Notes: generated by a model from the letters alone, not told the origin. Shown: positions 1 through 14,545, counted from the first letter of the stretch. The stretch: DNA of 64,000 nt from Octopus vulgaris (GCA_951406725.2 OX597824.1:63488001-63552000), one strand, 5' to 3'. Program-made: numbers and translations.

Positions 1-210
1 GCTTAGAAAATATTTTTCGTTTTTATGCACTGGGAATTTTGACCTTTAAATTTTGGGGGAAAAAATGCGGATTATACACGTGGATTTACGGTACATCTGT
101 GTGTACGTGTGTGTACGTGTGTGTCAGTGTGTATGTGTATTAAGAAAGGGCATCCGTTTGTTTATCTTCCCATTAATGAGCGATTCATGGAATAAGCATG
201 ATAGAATACG
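1..210. repeat. Left arm of an inverted duplication (partner 1974-2185); probably continues off the window start
   Basis: The reverse complement of 1-210 aligns to 1974-2185 (e.g. ATAGAATACG 201-210 vs CGTATTCTAT 1974-1983) with scattered mismatches and an indel. Confidence 0.9.
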
Positions 211-340
211 TACCAGACTTTAAAAAGAAAAGGACTACAAGTGCTCTGGTCGATCCGTTCAGTAAAACATTTGAAAGCGTTGCTCTACAATCGCCGCTGT
301 CCAATTGCTGAAACTATAAAAGAATAAATGAATAACATAT
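197..340 (+). mobile_element. SINE family A, degenerate 3' module
   Basis: GATAGAATA.GTACCAG...GGTCGAT...GCTGAAAC..TAAAAGAATAA matches the 3' part of the copy at 37821-38230. Confidence 0.65.
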
Positions 341-369
341 ATGCCTGTGAGAGTGCCGAATGATTCTCT

Positions 370-720
<351 letters not shown>

Positions 721-997
721 AGATTGAGAGTCTGATAGATGCATATTTTATAAGACTACCTACATTGTTATGCTGCAACTTATCAGCTTTTCGTCTTATC
801 TATTTCCAGTTCTATTTTTGTCGTCTCTTCTAATTTTATCTTTTTTGCAGAGCGATATATTCTGTTTGATGAGTTGAACTATACAACTATATAACATACA
901 TCATTCAGGAAAAAAACTTAAAACACTACACTAAACACGCCCATGCACGTAAGGAAAAATGTTGACATATATACACATGTGCGCACATATACGCATG

Positions 998-1033
<36 letters not shown>

Positions 1034-1351
1034 TGTATGTATGTATGTATGTATGTATGTATGTATGTATTATGTATGTATGAATGTATGTATGTGTGAG
1101 TATGTATATATGTGTTTGAGTGTGTGTAAGAGTGTGTGTATGTGTATTTGTAACTTTCTATTTATGTAATCTAGATAGGTAGATAGATGTATTTTATATA
1201 TATTACATATACATACATACGCATAAGAATTCTTATACATGTATGTATATATGTATGTATAAATATGTATGTGTGTGTGAATATATATAGATACATATAT
1301 GCGAACATATATGCAGACATATATGTGTATAAATATGTATGCGTGTGTACG

Positions 1352-1526
1352 TAGAAGGTGAGTGACTTAATGGTTAGTGTGTTGCACTCACAATTTCAAG
1401 ATCCTTGTCTCGATTCACGTTTGGACAAAAACGGTTCCTTTCACGTTGATCTGCGATCACTCCTACATCCGATGTGTGGCACATCGTGCACCTTTAATGG
1501 CTATGTTGATTTCATGGAGGGCGTGA
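1352..1526 (+). mobile_element. Degenerate tRNA-headed SINE fragment
   Basis: A-box-like TGACTTAATGG and a decayed B-box-like TCTCGATTC, followed by a body that ends in an (ATAC)n tract. Confidence 0.4.
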
Positions 1527-1973
1527 CATACATACATACATACATACATACATACATACATACAGCACAAATGTTTGAACACTATAAATGTTTGAACACT
1601 ATAAACAAAAGTTACCTTTACAGGTTCTTGAGCAAGAAATTGCATAACCCTCAACTACGACACAAGAGTTGATCATGTGTTTGCGTTTGTTGTAACATTC
1701 GGGAGAAAGAGAATTCACAAATACAATCTTACTAACAGTACTTACACTATGGTTTAGATCTTTATGCCAAAAAATTAATGAAACTGCGAAAATCAAGAGG
1801 AGAGGTTCATGTAGCCAATACATGGTACGTTCTAGAAAAATTACATTGAATTCACGTGATTATAATAAACTTGAAAACTGACTGGTTTATCTACGACTAT
1901 GTATGTCCCATGAATTATATAAATGTGCCTACACGTGGAAAATTATATTACGCTTACGGTAGTACTGCGTCTC

Positions 1974-2185
1974 CGTATTCTATCACACTTATTCCACGAA
2001 TCGCTCATTAATGGGAAGATAAACAAACGGATACCCTTTCTTAATACACACACACACTGACACACACGTACAAACAGACGTACCGGAAATCCTCAAGTAT
2101 AATCCGCAGTTTTTTCAAAATTTAAAGGTCAAAATCCCTAGTGCATACTATATACGAGGTTAAAAACGAAAAATATTTTCTAACC
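1974..2185. repeat. Right arm of the inverted duplication
   Basis: Reverse complement of 1-210. Confidence 0.9.
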
Positions 2186-2320
2186 AATGTCAAAGTCTCT
2201 ATTTGCTGTCCGGCAACGTTTATTCAGACGCATTTTGTGATGTCAGGGGGCGAAAATACCTTAAATCATCCAATTGTTCGATCAAGCGAATTTCTTGCAC
2301 CGGTACGAACGTGTAAATAA
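2081..2320 (+). mobile_element. pogo/Tigger-like DNA transposon terminus (remnant)
   Basis: TA-CCGGAAATCCTCAAGTATAATCCGC resembles pogo/Tigger-type TIRs; the inverted copy ends at ...GGATTTACGG-TA (~68-93). Confidence 0.5.
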
Positions 2321-2961
2321 CGTAGCATTATATAGACGCGTATATCCTTAATGCAATTCTCAAGTTCAATTTGTGTGACATGGTGTTTGATGAGTTTGAA
2401 CCCTTTGAATTACAGAGTGTAATACACTCTTATATGCATTGCGAGACATGGACTGTTTTTTCTTATGCGGTATTCTTCTCATCCTCTCATATAAGATACG
2501 AATTTGATTTTCTTAAATAACAGTTTATGTACAGGATGTTAGAGAAATACCTCACTTCTTTTTCACAGCCGTTGATGTGGTGCACCTGGCGTTAGCAGGT
2601 GTCTTCTTGTCGCTAATGTACCGTGAATTTTTTAGTTTCTTTGATCGTTTGAAATGGTGCACAGCCTGTGTTTGCTGTTGGAAATTTATCAAGAATAGTA
2701 AATCTGGGAGGCTATTTAGCCACACATTGTATTTGAGTTGAAACTGGTGTTTGTATTTATATTAAAGGAATAACTTTCCTAAAAGCATCTCTCCAGACTT
2801 TCTCGATCGCATTTTCAAATTGCAGTATAACAGTAGCAGGTTGACATCGTGATTTGTAGAAGGAAGAAAATGAATATAGTAGTTATGCTGTATCTAATAA
2901 AATCGTGACGACTGATTATAAATCTCTTTCGTTGTTAACAGTTACTATTATAGTTCATGTA

Positions 2962-3170
2962 CAGCGGTGAGCTGAGAGAATTGTTAACACGCGGAACAAA
3001 ATGCTTAGCGACATTTTACACGTCTTCCGAGTCCTGAGTTCAACATACAGCCGAGGTCGATCACTTCGGGGTCGATAAAATAAGTACGAGTTGCAAACTG
3101 TGGTCGATGTAATCGTCTTAGCCCATTCTCAACATTATTGGCCTTGTGCCAAAATTTGAAACCATTATTT
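2962..3170 (+). mobile_element. SINE family B copy
   Basis: GCGGTGAGCTG..AGAAT head, GAGTTCAA B-box-like motif, GGGGTCGATAAAATAAGTAC body, CCTTGTGCCAAAATTTGAAACC tail. Confidence 0.85.
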
Positions 3171-3270
3171 TAGTTTACATATTTTGTAATTTTGATGTAA
3201 TTTTGTTATTTTTTCATTTGTGTGTCTCTCTTAATATAGTTTCCGTTGAGAAATTGGAATACAAAATGTT

Positions 3271-3377
<107 letters not shown>

Positions 3378-3574
3378 TTATATATATACATATAGGCATC
3401 AGCATATGCATATATATATAGGCATATACATGTGTGTATATATATATATATATATACTACTCGCACACATATACCGACACACGCATTTCACCCACTGTAC
3501 AGTACATTCGAAAGTCTCACAGCTTTGCATTTTCATTTTTATATATCTGACATAATACCCACTCTACTATTGCA

Positions 3575-3810
<236 letters not shown>

Positions 3811-4934
3811 TATGATTATAAGACACAGAAACTTTATTTAGTGCAACCGTTACTTACACTTAAAAATTTATGCCTTGCACTCGACTTTCTACTTTCTGTT
3901 TTGATTTTTTTATTTATCATTTTCCCAGTTTTTTTTTTTTTTTGCTTGCTTTGTGTTTACGTGTAGTACACCCAACATACATGATTACAGGTTAACACAC
4001 AGCTGAATCTCACTAACTGTGGCGTCAGGTACACATCTACTCTTACATACAATATGTATAAATATAACGAGTAATATTTTCAAAAACTCTTTTCTATCGT
4101 TCTTAAAACGTACCTCTCGATCTAATTTATATCTTCTAAATTTTCAACTCTTTTAGCGATTTTTGACACGCCTCTCTCACTCTGGTTTTCGTGTATCTTC
4201 TTTTCCATATCTCGTGATTTTGTTTCTATTATTGAATATAGGCTTTTCAATATATACGTTTCTAGAAAGTCTCTAAGGGATTTGTCTTAAATTTTCTAGT
4301 TCCGTCGATGTGGAAACTCTTTTCCTTATAAGTCTGGGGAAAAAATGTTTGTCGTCTTCGATTTCTCCTTTTTACTTTAGTCAATCGTTTTATTTCTCAG
4401 TTCATTGTCTTCCACTCTTCGATGGTGGCAATAGCTACCGATTCCCTAACAGCAATGCAGGGATTGCATACAAGTAGTAGTTTGATTATATAATAATATT
4501 GTTCCGTCTGAAAATCAATACTTCTATACTTCAATCAAAATAGACCCAGTTTGATAAATACTCTGTTCATTAAAAGTTTAAAAGAACCACAACTACAAGT
4601 GTAAAAAGAATATTGATTTAAATTTAATTTTACTTGAAAACTGTAGTAATATTATCTATCTGAAATGCCTGTGGTTGGTTAAAAGATTTCTGTGAATGCG
4701 CGTGCTCAGTGTCAACGGTGTTGCTATTACTACATAAGCATTTATATGAAGATTGTTAATAATAAATTTTATTGCTTATATTTTTTAAAATGACAGCTCT
4801 ATAAAACATAAAAGTTCTTGTAATATGTAACATTATAAAAATAAGTGCTTTAAATTTTAGTTTCTTCCATTTCAGGCATCGGTACATGCATGCATACATA
4901 CATACATACATACATACATACATACATACATACA

Positions 4935-4965
<31 letters not shown>

Positions 4966-5048
4966 CATACATACATACATACATACATACATACATACAT
5001 ACATACATACATACATACAGACATACATACATACATACATACATACAT

Positions 5049-5595
5049 AGAGAAGAGAAACTGTGCAGTGTTGTGGAAATTAGCTACCCAGCTGATGTGA
5101 ACATAAACCTGAAGATCAGTGAAAAAGAGAAATCTGCAGTTACTCTATCCAGATTACAAGTTCAGGTTTATACCCATAATTATTGGGGCTCTGGCACATG
5201 TAACACACTGCCTAAATATCAATATTGAGAAATTAGGCTTCTCAAAACCAGAAAGGAGAAAGCTAATTCGAAGTCTACAGATCTAACCCTATCACTGGAA
5301 CTGTAAAATCTGTAAAATGTTCCAGAAATGTATCATTTAAATATATAGAGCATGTCTAGATATGTAACTATGTGCATGAGAATATATATAAAAACCATAC
5401 AAATTTGCACATACATACATACATACATACATACATACATACATACATACATACATACATACATACATACATACATGCATGCATACATACATACAGAAAT
5501 AACCTGTTGTTGATGTAATTCCAATGAAGGAACCTTGGATCTAGGTTAGAAAGCGGTTCTTTCTCTATTGGCAAGAAATCTAGAATAATGACATA
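5049..5595 (+). mobile_element. 5'-truncated RLE-type non-LTR retrotransposon (C-terminal endonuclease region and 3' UTR) embedded in (ATAC)n
   Basis: Frameshifted translation EEKLCSVVEISYPADVNINLKISEKE...NLQLLYPDYKFRFIPIIIGALAHV...GTVK matches the RLE C-terminus pattern (E-x-S/T-x-P...K; PIIIGALG); flanked and interrupted by (ATAC)n. Confidence 0.8.
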
Positions 5596-7069
5596 AATAC
5601 ATACATACATACACACACATACATACATACTGACATGCAGACAGACAAATAGCCATGTGTGTATCGTATTTTCAGTACCATTTACACTTATATGTGTGTA
5701 TATAAATCAAGAACACAATGTATATATTGGGTGGTATTGTTTATTGTACATTGTATTTCTCTCTTTATATTTAATAATGTCTGAAAATATTTTGACGTCA
5801 TGATTTATATATTTATTTATTTATTTCAGGTTTGTACTCCTATCATTTCCGGTTTGTTTGAATTCGGCAGTGCCTGAGGATTTTGCTATGGACGTTTCCT
5901 GATGTCTATTGTTGTATTCTAATATGGCTAGAATCGGAAATTTAGTGAGTAGGTCACTTTCAAAGTTTCATGAAATCACTTTCGTTATCGATGTTGTCTG
6001 TATGTACAGTTATTATTTTCGTGGAATGAGAGATGGATAAAATTTTTGCGCAGTTAATTAAGTCTTGACATATCTCTTCATAACTACGAGGACCATGTGT
6101 GTTACAAGCATTTGAACCAGATTTCTGGATGCTTATCATACCGCCATCGCCTGTCTTGAGGACCCTGTATAGGGATATATCTACTGCCTTCTCTCTTGAC
6201 TAAAGACATAAAATCTTCTGCAATCGATAATATCTATTGTACTTCGTGTATGTTTGTAAGGGCTATTTGAAATTCAGTAATGTGAAGAGCATGCATTTTT
6301 ATGTAAACGTGAGAAGCTCTTATACTGTGATGGTATTGTCAGCAGATTCTGTTGGTCAAACGTCCTGCAGTTTTCATATCTTTACGTTCGTTTTCCAATC
6401 ACACAGATTTTAAATTTACCTTTCAGCTTTCGAGCGGTATACAAAATAGATTGCAGTAAATATCTGACATTCTTCAATCGAATGCACAGTTACGTCAGAG
6501 TTTATTACGTTGTGTGACTAATTCAATTTATATTATATTATTTTAAATGCTGCACAGTTGCACCACAGGATATATCCGTTAATGTGCTGTCAATATGAGA
6601 ATATAACAGTTTACGAACCTTTCGGCAACGTATGACTCAAGCTTTATGCTCTTGCGTTGTAAATCCTTATTATGACTCTAGTTAGCTGAGTTAAATTCTT
6701 TTGAAGACAGATAGAAAATGAATTCTTAAATGCCAAATGCAGCAGAAGTTTATTAAGCATATTGAATATTTATATTAGCCACTTGTGTCTAAAAGTAATC
6801 TTTTCCAGCTTATAGCCGACTTAAATGGGTAATACTCCCCTCATACGTATATCATAGATCAAACAACTTGGATGCAGGCGAGAATATAAAATTAAAGCTC
6901 ATAAAATACGATTAGGGTTTTATGTATGTTTCATATTGATGAAGTAGAAATTTACTGATTAGCTGACCATCGATATATGTTTTTATTTAAAATATCCTAA
7001 CTACAAAATTTTCTCCGAAAAATCTTTGCCTTAAATTGCTAGTTTTATAAAGCATTTGCATTCAAAATA

Positions 7070-8970
7070 TGTAAAGTCCCAGACCAAATGTCTTGGTACA
7101 ACCAACTTCTCACTTTTTGTTATAAGTTCAAATCCAACCCAAGTTAGCTTTCACTTTCATACTTTCAAAGTCGATAAATTAGATGCAAACCCAATACTGA
7201 AGTCATTCTACGAAACTTTACGAAAGTCACCTATCACAAAATATTGGTTTCAAATTTTGACACAAGGCCAGCAATTTGGGAATGAGGGCGATAGTCGATT
7301 ACATCGACCCTAGTACTCAACTGGCACTTATTTTATCACTGTGGAAGACGCAAGTTTATATATTATAGTAGTTGTTTTCTGCAGAAGACTGACGGTTGTT
7401 CATGTATAAAAGTCTCCATTGATTCAGGTTTGTTGTGATACCCAACTTAATGCATGTCCCATATAATTTACCATTATTGATTCCTACACAAAATGCCGGA
7501 ACAGATGTTTCAGGTGTTCGCGACCATCGATCTAAGTCTTACACAAATTAACAGTCCTGGATTGAGGCTATTTTTTAATTATCGACGCCAAAAAGATAAA
7601 AGCCAAATTTCGCGCTCAAGTTACCGAGAAGCGGTAAAATGTTTTGTGATATTTAATTACCAATTCCGCCGAGGTAAACTTTCACCCCTACCGGATCAGT
7701 TAAATTATTTACCAATCAAGTATTAAGTTGCTGAGATGATTATATCGAACTAAATTGTACCTAAATCAGAAACCATTCTAAGGCGGCCGTCTAGCAGAAT
7801 TGTTAGAGCGTCAGGAAAGTGCGTTGCGACATATGGTTTGGTTCTTTATGTTCTGAGTACAAGTCCTACTAAGGTAGAATTTGTCCTTCATCCCTCAGCT
7901 TTTAATTCTATAAAATACCACTCAAATCTTGAGGTCAGTCGCATCGACTGACACCATCCCTGAAAATTGCTATTCTTCTGCCTAAATGAGAAACAAATTA
8001 ATTACATAATTAGAAAAATTGAGTAGTAAAATCGTTGGCGTGTTGAACAAATGCCACGTGACATTTAATTATAATTTTTACGTTCTGAGATCAAATCCCG
8101 CCGAGTTCAAATATGCCTCATCCTTGTGGAACGATAAATTATATTGCCAGTCGAGTAGAAAGGTCGATTTAATCGAGTAACACCACTACTCCGAAAAGTA
8201 CGCCTTTGTGCTTTAACCAAGAACAATCATTAATTAAACCAGATGCTTTGGTAGTGTAATGCCGGACATATAACTCCTGGTATTTAGTTACATCCATTTA
8301 CGTTCTAATTTTTATTCCTGCCGGTAACAGCATTTCTTTCCATTACTTTATGCTCAATAAAGTAAGTACCAGTTATATACAGAGGATGGATGGATTTAAT
8401 CGTCTATATGACGACATTTAAAAACTTCAGAACAATTTTAGTTATATAACTCTTATAATGTGATTTTAATATTGTTAGGCTTTAGATCAGACCCATTTAG
8501 AAGAACTATATTCGTGGATATTCAAATAGTGACCAACCAGTTCCTAGGGATGTTTTTTGCCACGGAACGCTCTTCTCACAGTCCTTTTCTAAGACAACAA
8601 CTTGTGATTTGAGGCACATGTTTGAACTATTTTCAAATTCAACCACCGCATGGTGAAACATACGCTGAGTGTTTTTACGTTCGATGTTGATGAAGGTCCA
8701 CGTAATCCACTATCGCTCTCCGCCTGAAATTGCTGTTCATGTGCGAAAATCTGAAGCCAAGAAAGACGTCGAGACGGCAGAATCAATAACACTCAAGACT
8801 AAAGCTTAATGGCTTTTCTTCTGAATTTATCTTCTGATTCAAAATCTGCTGAGGATGGATTTATCTTTTATACGTTCGGGATCGATAGAAAAAGTCCCAT
8901 TGGGTCAATGTAATCAACTTTTCTTTCCTCTTAGAGAAATGACTTATCTTCTGTCAAAATTAGGAATTAG
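7070..8970. mobile_element. Cluster of about seven old, degenerate SINE family B copies, mostly on + (one on - at ~7245-7340)
   Basis: Recurrent GTTCTGAG.TCAAAT.CC.CC.AGG, TTCATCC and GTCGAT..AATCGA modules at ~200-250 bp spacing. Confidence 0.7.
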
Positions 8971-8989
8971 AATGTTAGATATACCAATA

Positions 8990-9364
8990 CGAGCAAATCG
9001 TTCCCCGTCCAATAGACGGTGCTGAGTTGTCAAACATTTAACCTTAATTTTCTCAAAACAACTTGTCCGACCGTCTCATTGGCTTCCCCTTTGAGAAACA
9101 CTGATTTAACCTAAATTTGAGGCACCCTGCATTTTTCTCGCGTACGCGTAGTATCGATCGCAACAGTTGATGTACTTGCGCGTACAAATACACATTCACA
9201 CGGCTTTATCGATCGCATTCTCGCCTGGAATCGATATTTGTAATGTTTTCAAGACTTATACACGTCGGTATCTACATATCAAATTTGAGCGCAATCGGAT
9301 GGAGGATGCCCGAGATCCCAGAAGACACACACACAGACATACAGAACGGATTTTATATAATAGA
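8990..9364 (-). mobile_element. Non-autonomous Helitron-like element, 5' portion
   Basis: Minus strand begins A|TCTATTATATAAAA followed by a short (TG/TCTG) microsatellite and CCGATTGCGCTCAAATTTG, typical of animal Helitron 5' ends; no 3' hairpin-CTAG found. Confidence 0.5.
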
Positions 9365-9649
9365 TTACTAGAACAATATTATCGGAAACCCTATATAAGT
9401 TAATTTCACTTTAACATATTTATTAATATTTCTATTGTTCATTACTAATTAATTGCTTTACTTTATCTTTTCGTTCAAACATACATACGTATGATACATA
9501 TTTATTTGTATTTGTATGTCCGTATATATGGGAAATATCTGGAAACTTGGATAAATGCTTGCAACAAACTGGTTCCTCCTAAATGAACTGAAGTTGTTAA
9601 GTAGAGCTATTTACCGGATGACAAAATTATTCTACCGTCTTGAAGAAAT

Positions 9650-9880
9650 TTTAGTCGGAGGAATCGCCCCAGTGCTTATTTTTTTAGCCTGGTGCTCATT
9701 CTATCGTTTCTCGTTGCTGAACCGCTAAGTTATGAAGAATTAAACACATCAATATTATTTGTCAAGTGTATATACTGTATATACATTTATACGACCGCTT
9801 TCTTTCAGTTTCCATCCACCAGAACCAGTCACAAGGCTTTGATCGACTCGAGACTAAAACAGAAGACAATTGCCAAAGTG
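9650..9880 (-). mobile_element. SINE family A, partial
   Basis: GAACCGCTAAGTTA and TTTCAGTTTCC...CACAAGGCTTT modules shared with 37821-38230. Confidence 0.8.
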
Positions 9881-9968
9881 ACATGTATATATATATATAT
9901 ATATATATACATATATGAATATGTATGTATACATATACGTATGTACATATATATATATATATATATAC

Positions 9969-10072
<104 letters not shown>

Positions 10073-10314
10073 TATGGGCGAAAAAGCCGAAAAATAAATA
10101 ATGCTCTTGGGATATTTGCCCTGCTTCGAATTAAATATTCTCTTATCTGTGTTTCCCTCAGAAATGCAGTGAGCTATTGATAGGCCAAACGGAAGCGTAA
10201 AATCTGTAACTGACGACGCTAGTGTTCATTATTTGCATTATGAATAATGTGCGAAGAAGGAAATCGCGAAAAATAGAAAACATAAATGCAAATATCTGTG
10301 TATGAGAGATAGAG

Positions 10315-10366
<52 letters not shown>

Positions 10367-10682
10367 TGTGTATGTGTTTAAATTAAGGCAATGATTGGTA
10401 TTATCGGTATTTGCAATAGAGTGATTTATCTGTTTTTAAAAGATGGATGCAGTCATATCTGAGTCCTTTATTACCAAGATATCTTGAATTGCGATATAGT
10501 TCTCCTCACTCCTTTTCCGCCACCATTCCAGCTCATTTCATTTCAATTCTATCTCAATATGTTGATGAAAAATAAGTAATAATAATCGCATTTGATATTT
10601 AAATTCTAAAATATTATTTCAGATTATATAGCGTAATTCATTTTTGGATTATGAAAATTTTTAATATTGATTCCTTTCTATG

Positions 10683-11520
10683 CCGGCGAGCTGGCAGAGT
10701 CGTTAGTACACCGGGCGGAACGCGTAGCGGCATTTCATCCGTGTTCACATTTTGGATTAAAATTCTACCCAACCGGACCTTGCTTTTCATTCTTTAGGGA
10801 TAGATATAAGTACCAGTTGCATACTGGGGTCGATGAAATCGACATACCTCTTCTCCCGAAATTGCTGGCCACGTGTCACTATTTGAAATCAATACCGATT
10901 CGTTTCTATGGCAGCAAGCTGGCAGAATCATTAGCACGCCGGGCGGAATGTTTAGCGGTATTTTGTCTGCCGCTACGTTCTGAGTTCAAATTCCGCCGAG
11001 GTCGACTTTGCCTTTCATCCTTTCGGGGTCGATTAAATAAGTACCAGTTACGCACAGGGGTCGATATAATCGACTTAATCTGTTTGTCTGTCCTTGTTTG
11101 TCCCCTCTGTGTTTAGCCCCTTGTGGGTAGTAAAGAAACTTTATATTCTGAGCTCAAATTCTGCTGAGGTCAATTTAGCTTTCATCCTTTCGGTGTCGAT
11201 AAAATAAGTACCAGTTGAGTTCTGAAAGCGATTTAATCGACTTACCACTCTCCTGAAATTGCTGACCTCGTGCCAGATTTTGAGGCCAATGTTATATGTG
11301 TTCATGTCTGTGCATTGGTAGAATTGTTAGCACACCGTGCAAAATGCTTTGCTGTATTTCGTCCGTCTTTGCGTCCTAAACTCAAATTCCGCCGAGGTCA
11401 GCTTTGCTTTTCATCCTTTCAGGGTCGATAAAACAAGTACCAGTGGAGCACTGGGGTCGATGTAATCGTATTATTGCCTCCTCAGAAATTGCTGGCCTTG
11501 TGCCAAAATTTGAAAGTAAT
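10683..11520 (+). mobile_element. Four head-to-tail SINE family B units (~10683-10895, 10909-11139, 11140-11292, 11315-11520)
   Basis: Repeated GGCGAGCTGGCAGA head and TTCAAATTCCGCCGAGGTCGACTTTGCCTTTCATCCTTTCGGGGTCGAT body; two different tails. Confidence 0.9.
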
Positions 11521-12484
11521 GTTAATTCGTTTCAGTTTAACAACCTTAAAAATATGCTAAACTTTAAAAACATCCTGTTGCTTCAGTATTCAGATACATT
11601 TTCAATCTCGGTTTGTCTCTCTCTCTCCCTCTCTCTATTATATATTCGTCTCTCTCCCATTCCTTTCCATTTTCCCTCTCCAAATCCAAATCTCTATCTC
11701 CCAATATTTCTCTTTCACTCGCTCACCTACTTTTTCTCTCCCAATATTTCTCTTTCACCCGCTCACCTACTTTTTCTCTCCCAGTCTCCCCCACACACAC
11801 TTTCTCCCCCTCTCTGTCCCACTCCCCCAGTTAATCTTCTTTGAATATTGAATTATAAATAATATACACCTCTCTTTACTCACATTAAAAATTTGAGATT
11901 AATATCTATCGTAGAATGAATGGCATAGTAGAACATCTTGGATTTAGTTATTTATTAAGATAGTAAGATTTTGAGACATTTTGGTTAAGAAATTTGCTTC
12001 GTAGTTACTTGCTATCAATTTCAGTTCCACTGCGCATAGAACGAGAGAAAAAAAACTGGTTGTGTGCGTGTAGTGCATATCTCTTACTGTTTGACAACAA
12101 TGACTTGTTCCTTTCCGAACACTTAACCCAGCAGAGCAACTAAAACAGACCTTTTGTTTCCATTTTACAACTGCTATAAGTATCGACAATGTCTAATACA
12201 AACATAATCACACTTACACGTCTACTAAATGTGTAAACATTCTTCTGGATTAATCCAAGACCTTCAAATCTGTGTGTTACACGAATTCCAACTACACCTG
12301 GAACTAGCATGTAGAATGCTTCCCTGAAATAGTTTCTCAATAAATACGAGGTAATTTCCAATAAATACTTGTATCGAATGTTTAAAACGAAACTACTCGT
12401 CATATAAACTGCGTTGAGCCTTTCATTCAAATCAATAATATGTAATTGTATGTAAATTGTTGATATAATAAGTGAACGAGTAAT

Positions 12485-12690
12485 ATCGGCTTCAAATTTT
12501 AGCAGAAGTCCACCAATTTTGGGTGAGGGCTAAGTCTATCGACCCCAATGCTCAACTGGTACTTATTTTATCGATCGCGAAAATGAAAGGCAAAGTCGAC
12601 CGCGGCGGAATTTGAACTCAGGGTGTCAAGACGGACGAAATGCAAATGCCGCTAATCCTTTTGCCCGAGACGCAAACGGTTCTCGCCACC
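12485..12690 (-). mobile_element. SINE family B copy
   Basis: Reverse complement of the family B body (GAAAGGCAAAGTCGACCGCGGCGGAATTTGAACTCAG). Confidence 0.85.
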
Positions 12691-12929
12691 GATTGATGAT
12701 ATTGTAACTAAAGTTCAATATATGTGCACTGGTCTTTTATTTTATCATCATAGGAAAATTTACTTCATTATGAGAGGGACATAAACTATATACTTTCCAG
12801 TATCCGTCATGTAATAGTGTTGAAATCTGCTACGAATTTTGAAAGTACTTGCATGGTAGTTGCCCCACAGCATTGTGCTTGATAGGGGAGGAATTAACGA
12901 GGTTAATCTGAGTACGAATGTAATTTATA

Positions 12930-13145
12930 AAATCGTTGAAGGTTAATTAGGCTGGAGACATCCAAATGGCAAGTGATAACAGTTGAACGAATTCGCTAAC
13001 AGAATTGATTCCAAGAAACTGTAGGAAAAACCGAAGGTCACAAACTAAGATATGGCGATGTAAACTGAGATGAATTTCTCAAGCATTGGAGTGAGAAACT
13101 CCAAATGGAAACGAAAGACCTTTACGGAGCAGTGGGATAACGTGA
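12930..13145 (+). mobile_element. RTE-type LINE 3' fragment, highly degenerate
   Basis: Translates as KSLKVN*AGDIQMASDNS*TNSLTELIPRNCRKNRRSQTKIW, resembling the RTE C-terminal W-AGH-R-DNRWT-EW-PR-KR-RGR-RW pattern. Confidence 0.55.
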
Positions 13146-13469
13146 TGAGTGGTTTGGTTATAAATGAGAAGTTTCGAAACAGCTACATACTCTACGTTGA
13201 ACCGATATTCATCAGTTTTTAAAATATATTTTAACAACATGTTCTGTTGCACGAATATTTTACACGGAATACTTCTTACCGATGGCAAATAGATTTTATT
13301 TTTAATGGAAATGTTGTGTCCAATTATATTCAGATCTGAGACACAGTAGTACCGTAATATTGTATTGTAGGTGAGAGAAAATCTAATTTAAGAAACCATG
13401 AGAATCTAATGTCAAACATATATTTATAAACTCAGACATGACTGTAGAATTAAGTAGTTCGCTTCACAA

Positions 13470-13580
13470 TTACATGGCCTGGAGACACATGTTAAGTGAT
13501 AATAGACGGACGCAGAATGTAAAAGATTGCATTCCGAGGAATATAAATATACAAGGATGGCAACGAAACAGATGGAGGTT
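13470..13580 (+). mobile_element. Second RTE-type C-terminal fragment
   Basis: LSDNRRTQNVKDCIPRNINIQGWQRNRW, the same motif family as 12930-13145. Confidence 0.45.
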
Positions 13581-13709
13581 TTCAAATATCCTGTTCAATC
13601 CTACTGTGTTAGTTATGGAGGTATTTTCTTCTATAGCGTCAGACGAAAAAACGTTTTGAGAATGAAATGTGCTATATGATGATGGGTTTAATGGGGAGGC
13701 GACCAAAAA

Positions 13710-14545
13710 TAGAGCCGGAGAAATTTGAGCGAGGTATTGCTGAAATGCTGCGTACATGTGTTCCGGCCTGAGTAAAATGCACCCATTTTGGTCTACCAAA
13801 TATTACACTGTGGCTTTGTTGACACGTTACGCATCCATCAATCGGGCCCATCAAGAGGTTTTCTTTCCGCCATATCTTAGAATAAGTGCCTTAGCTTTCA
13901 CAATGTAATCTTCGTGCTTAGAGTTGAAGAATTGGTCAAGGGCCAATCTCGCTGCGAGCACGTCTGTTGCGATACCTTTCCTAAGTGTTTCTCCTAAGTT
14001 TCCAATTACGTTTCTTCCTATCGTTAATATCTTCCTAAACCTAATCGACTCTACTCTAATCGCCCTTTTCAGAGTAAACCACCATTTGTTGTTGACGTTT
14101 GACCCTCCCCATAACTACTTCGCTAATCTGGTCTTTGTAATCCTGGAACGCCGGGTCTGACGTATTCAGCTTTCCCTAACTGGATACCTGCGCACGAAGC
14201 TTATTTAGGCCGACCGTAAAGGTCACAAATCTGCGGTCTGAATAGCCCACGATTTTAAAGAGTAAACAACTTATGACATCCGTATCTACTGGCCTACAGA
14301 ATACTCTATTTAGAAACGACCTTGATACCCGATGAAGTTCCTATTAGTCTGCAGTGACACATTTGGGAAATCTTGTCTGAGCAGGTTTGTTAGTAATTTT
14401 CCCCCTCCTTTTCACACATCTATCCTCACATATTTTAAATGTGCATCGAAGATCGTGCTCCAGTTACCCACTAGTACTAATGTTCGAGATATTCCGAAGA
14501 AAACCTCGAAACGTCCGAACAAATCTTTTTCCGAAATTCCCCGCT
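13710..14545 (-). mobile_element. L1/Tx1-clade ORF2 fragment (APE endonuclease and linker), disrupted
   Basis: Minus-strand translation LVLVGNWSTIFD (GDxN), SRSFLNRVFC (SRLD), VGYSDRRFV (SDH), *GKLNTS (WKLN), KWWFTLKRAIR, LVDQNGCILL. Confidence 0.8.

Noticed and set aside
2569-2742. Acceptor-like site followed by an open frame of ~56 codons
   Set aside because: No recognisable protein similarity and no supporting gene structure
5522-5562. Hammerhead-like CCAATGAAGG-AACCT...AGGTT-AGAAAGCGGTTC in the RLE 3' UTR
   Set aside because: The first core box is not CUGANGA; more simply a 3' UTR stem-loop
5830-5944. Candidate plus-strand exon (TTTATTTCAG| ... |GTGAGT)
   Set aside because: Stops in all three frames and no partner exons; such signals are expected by chance in AT-rich DNA
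11690-11785. Short 40 bp tandem duplication (similar small ones near 50905, 53992 and 55390)
   Set aside because: Ordinary slippage duplications in low-complexity sequence
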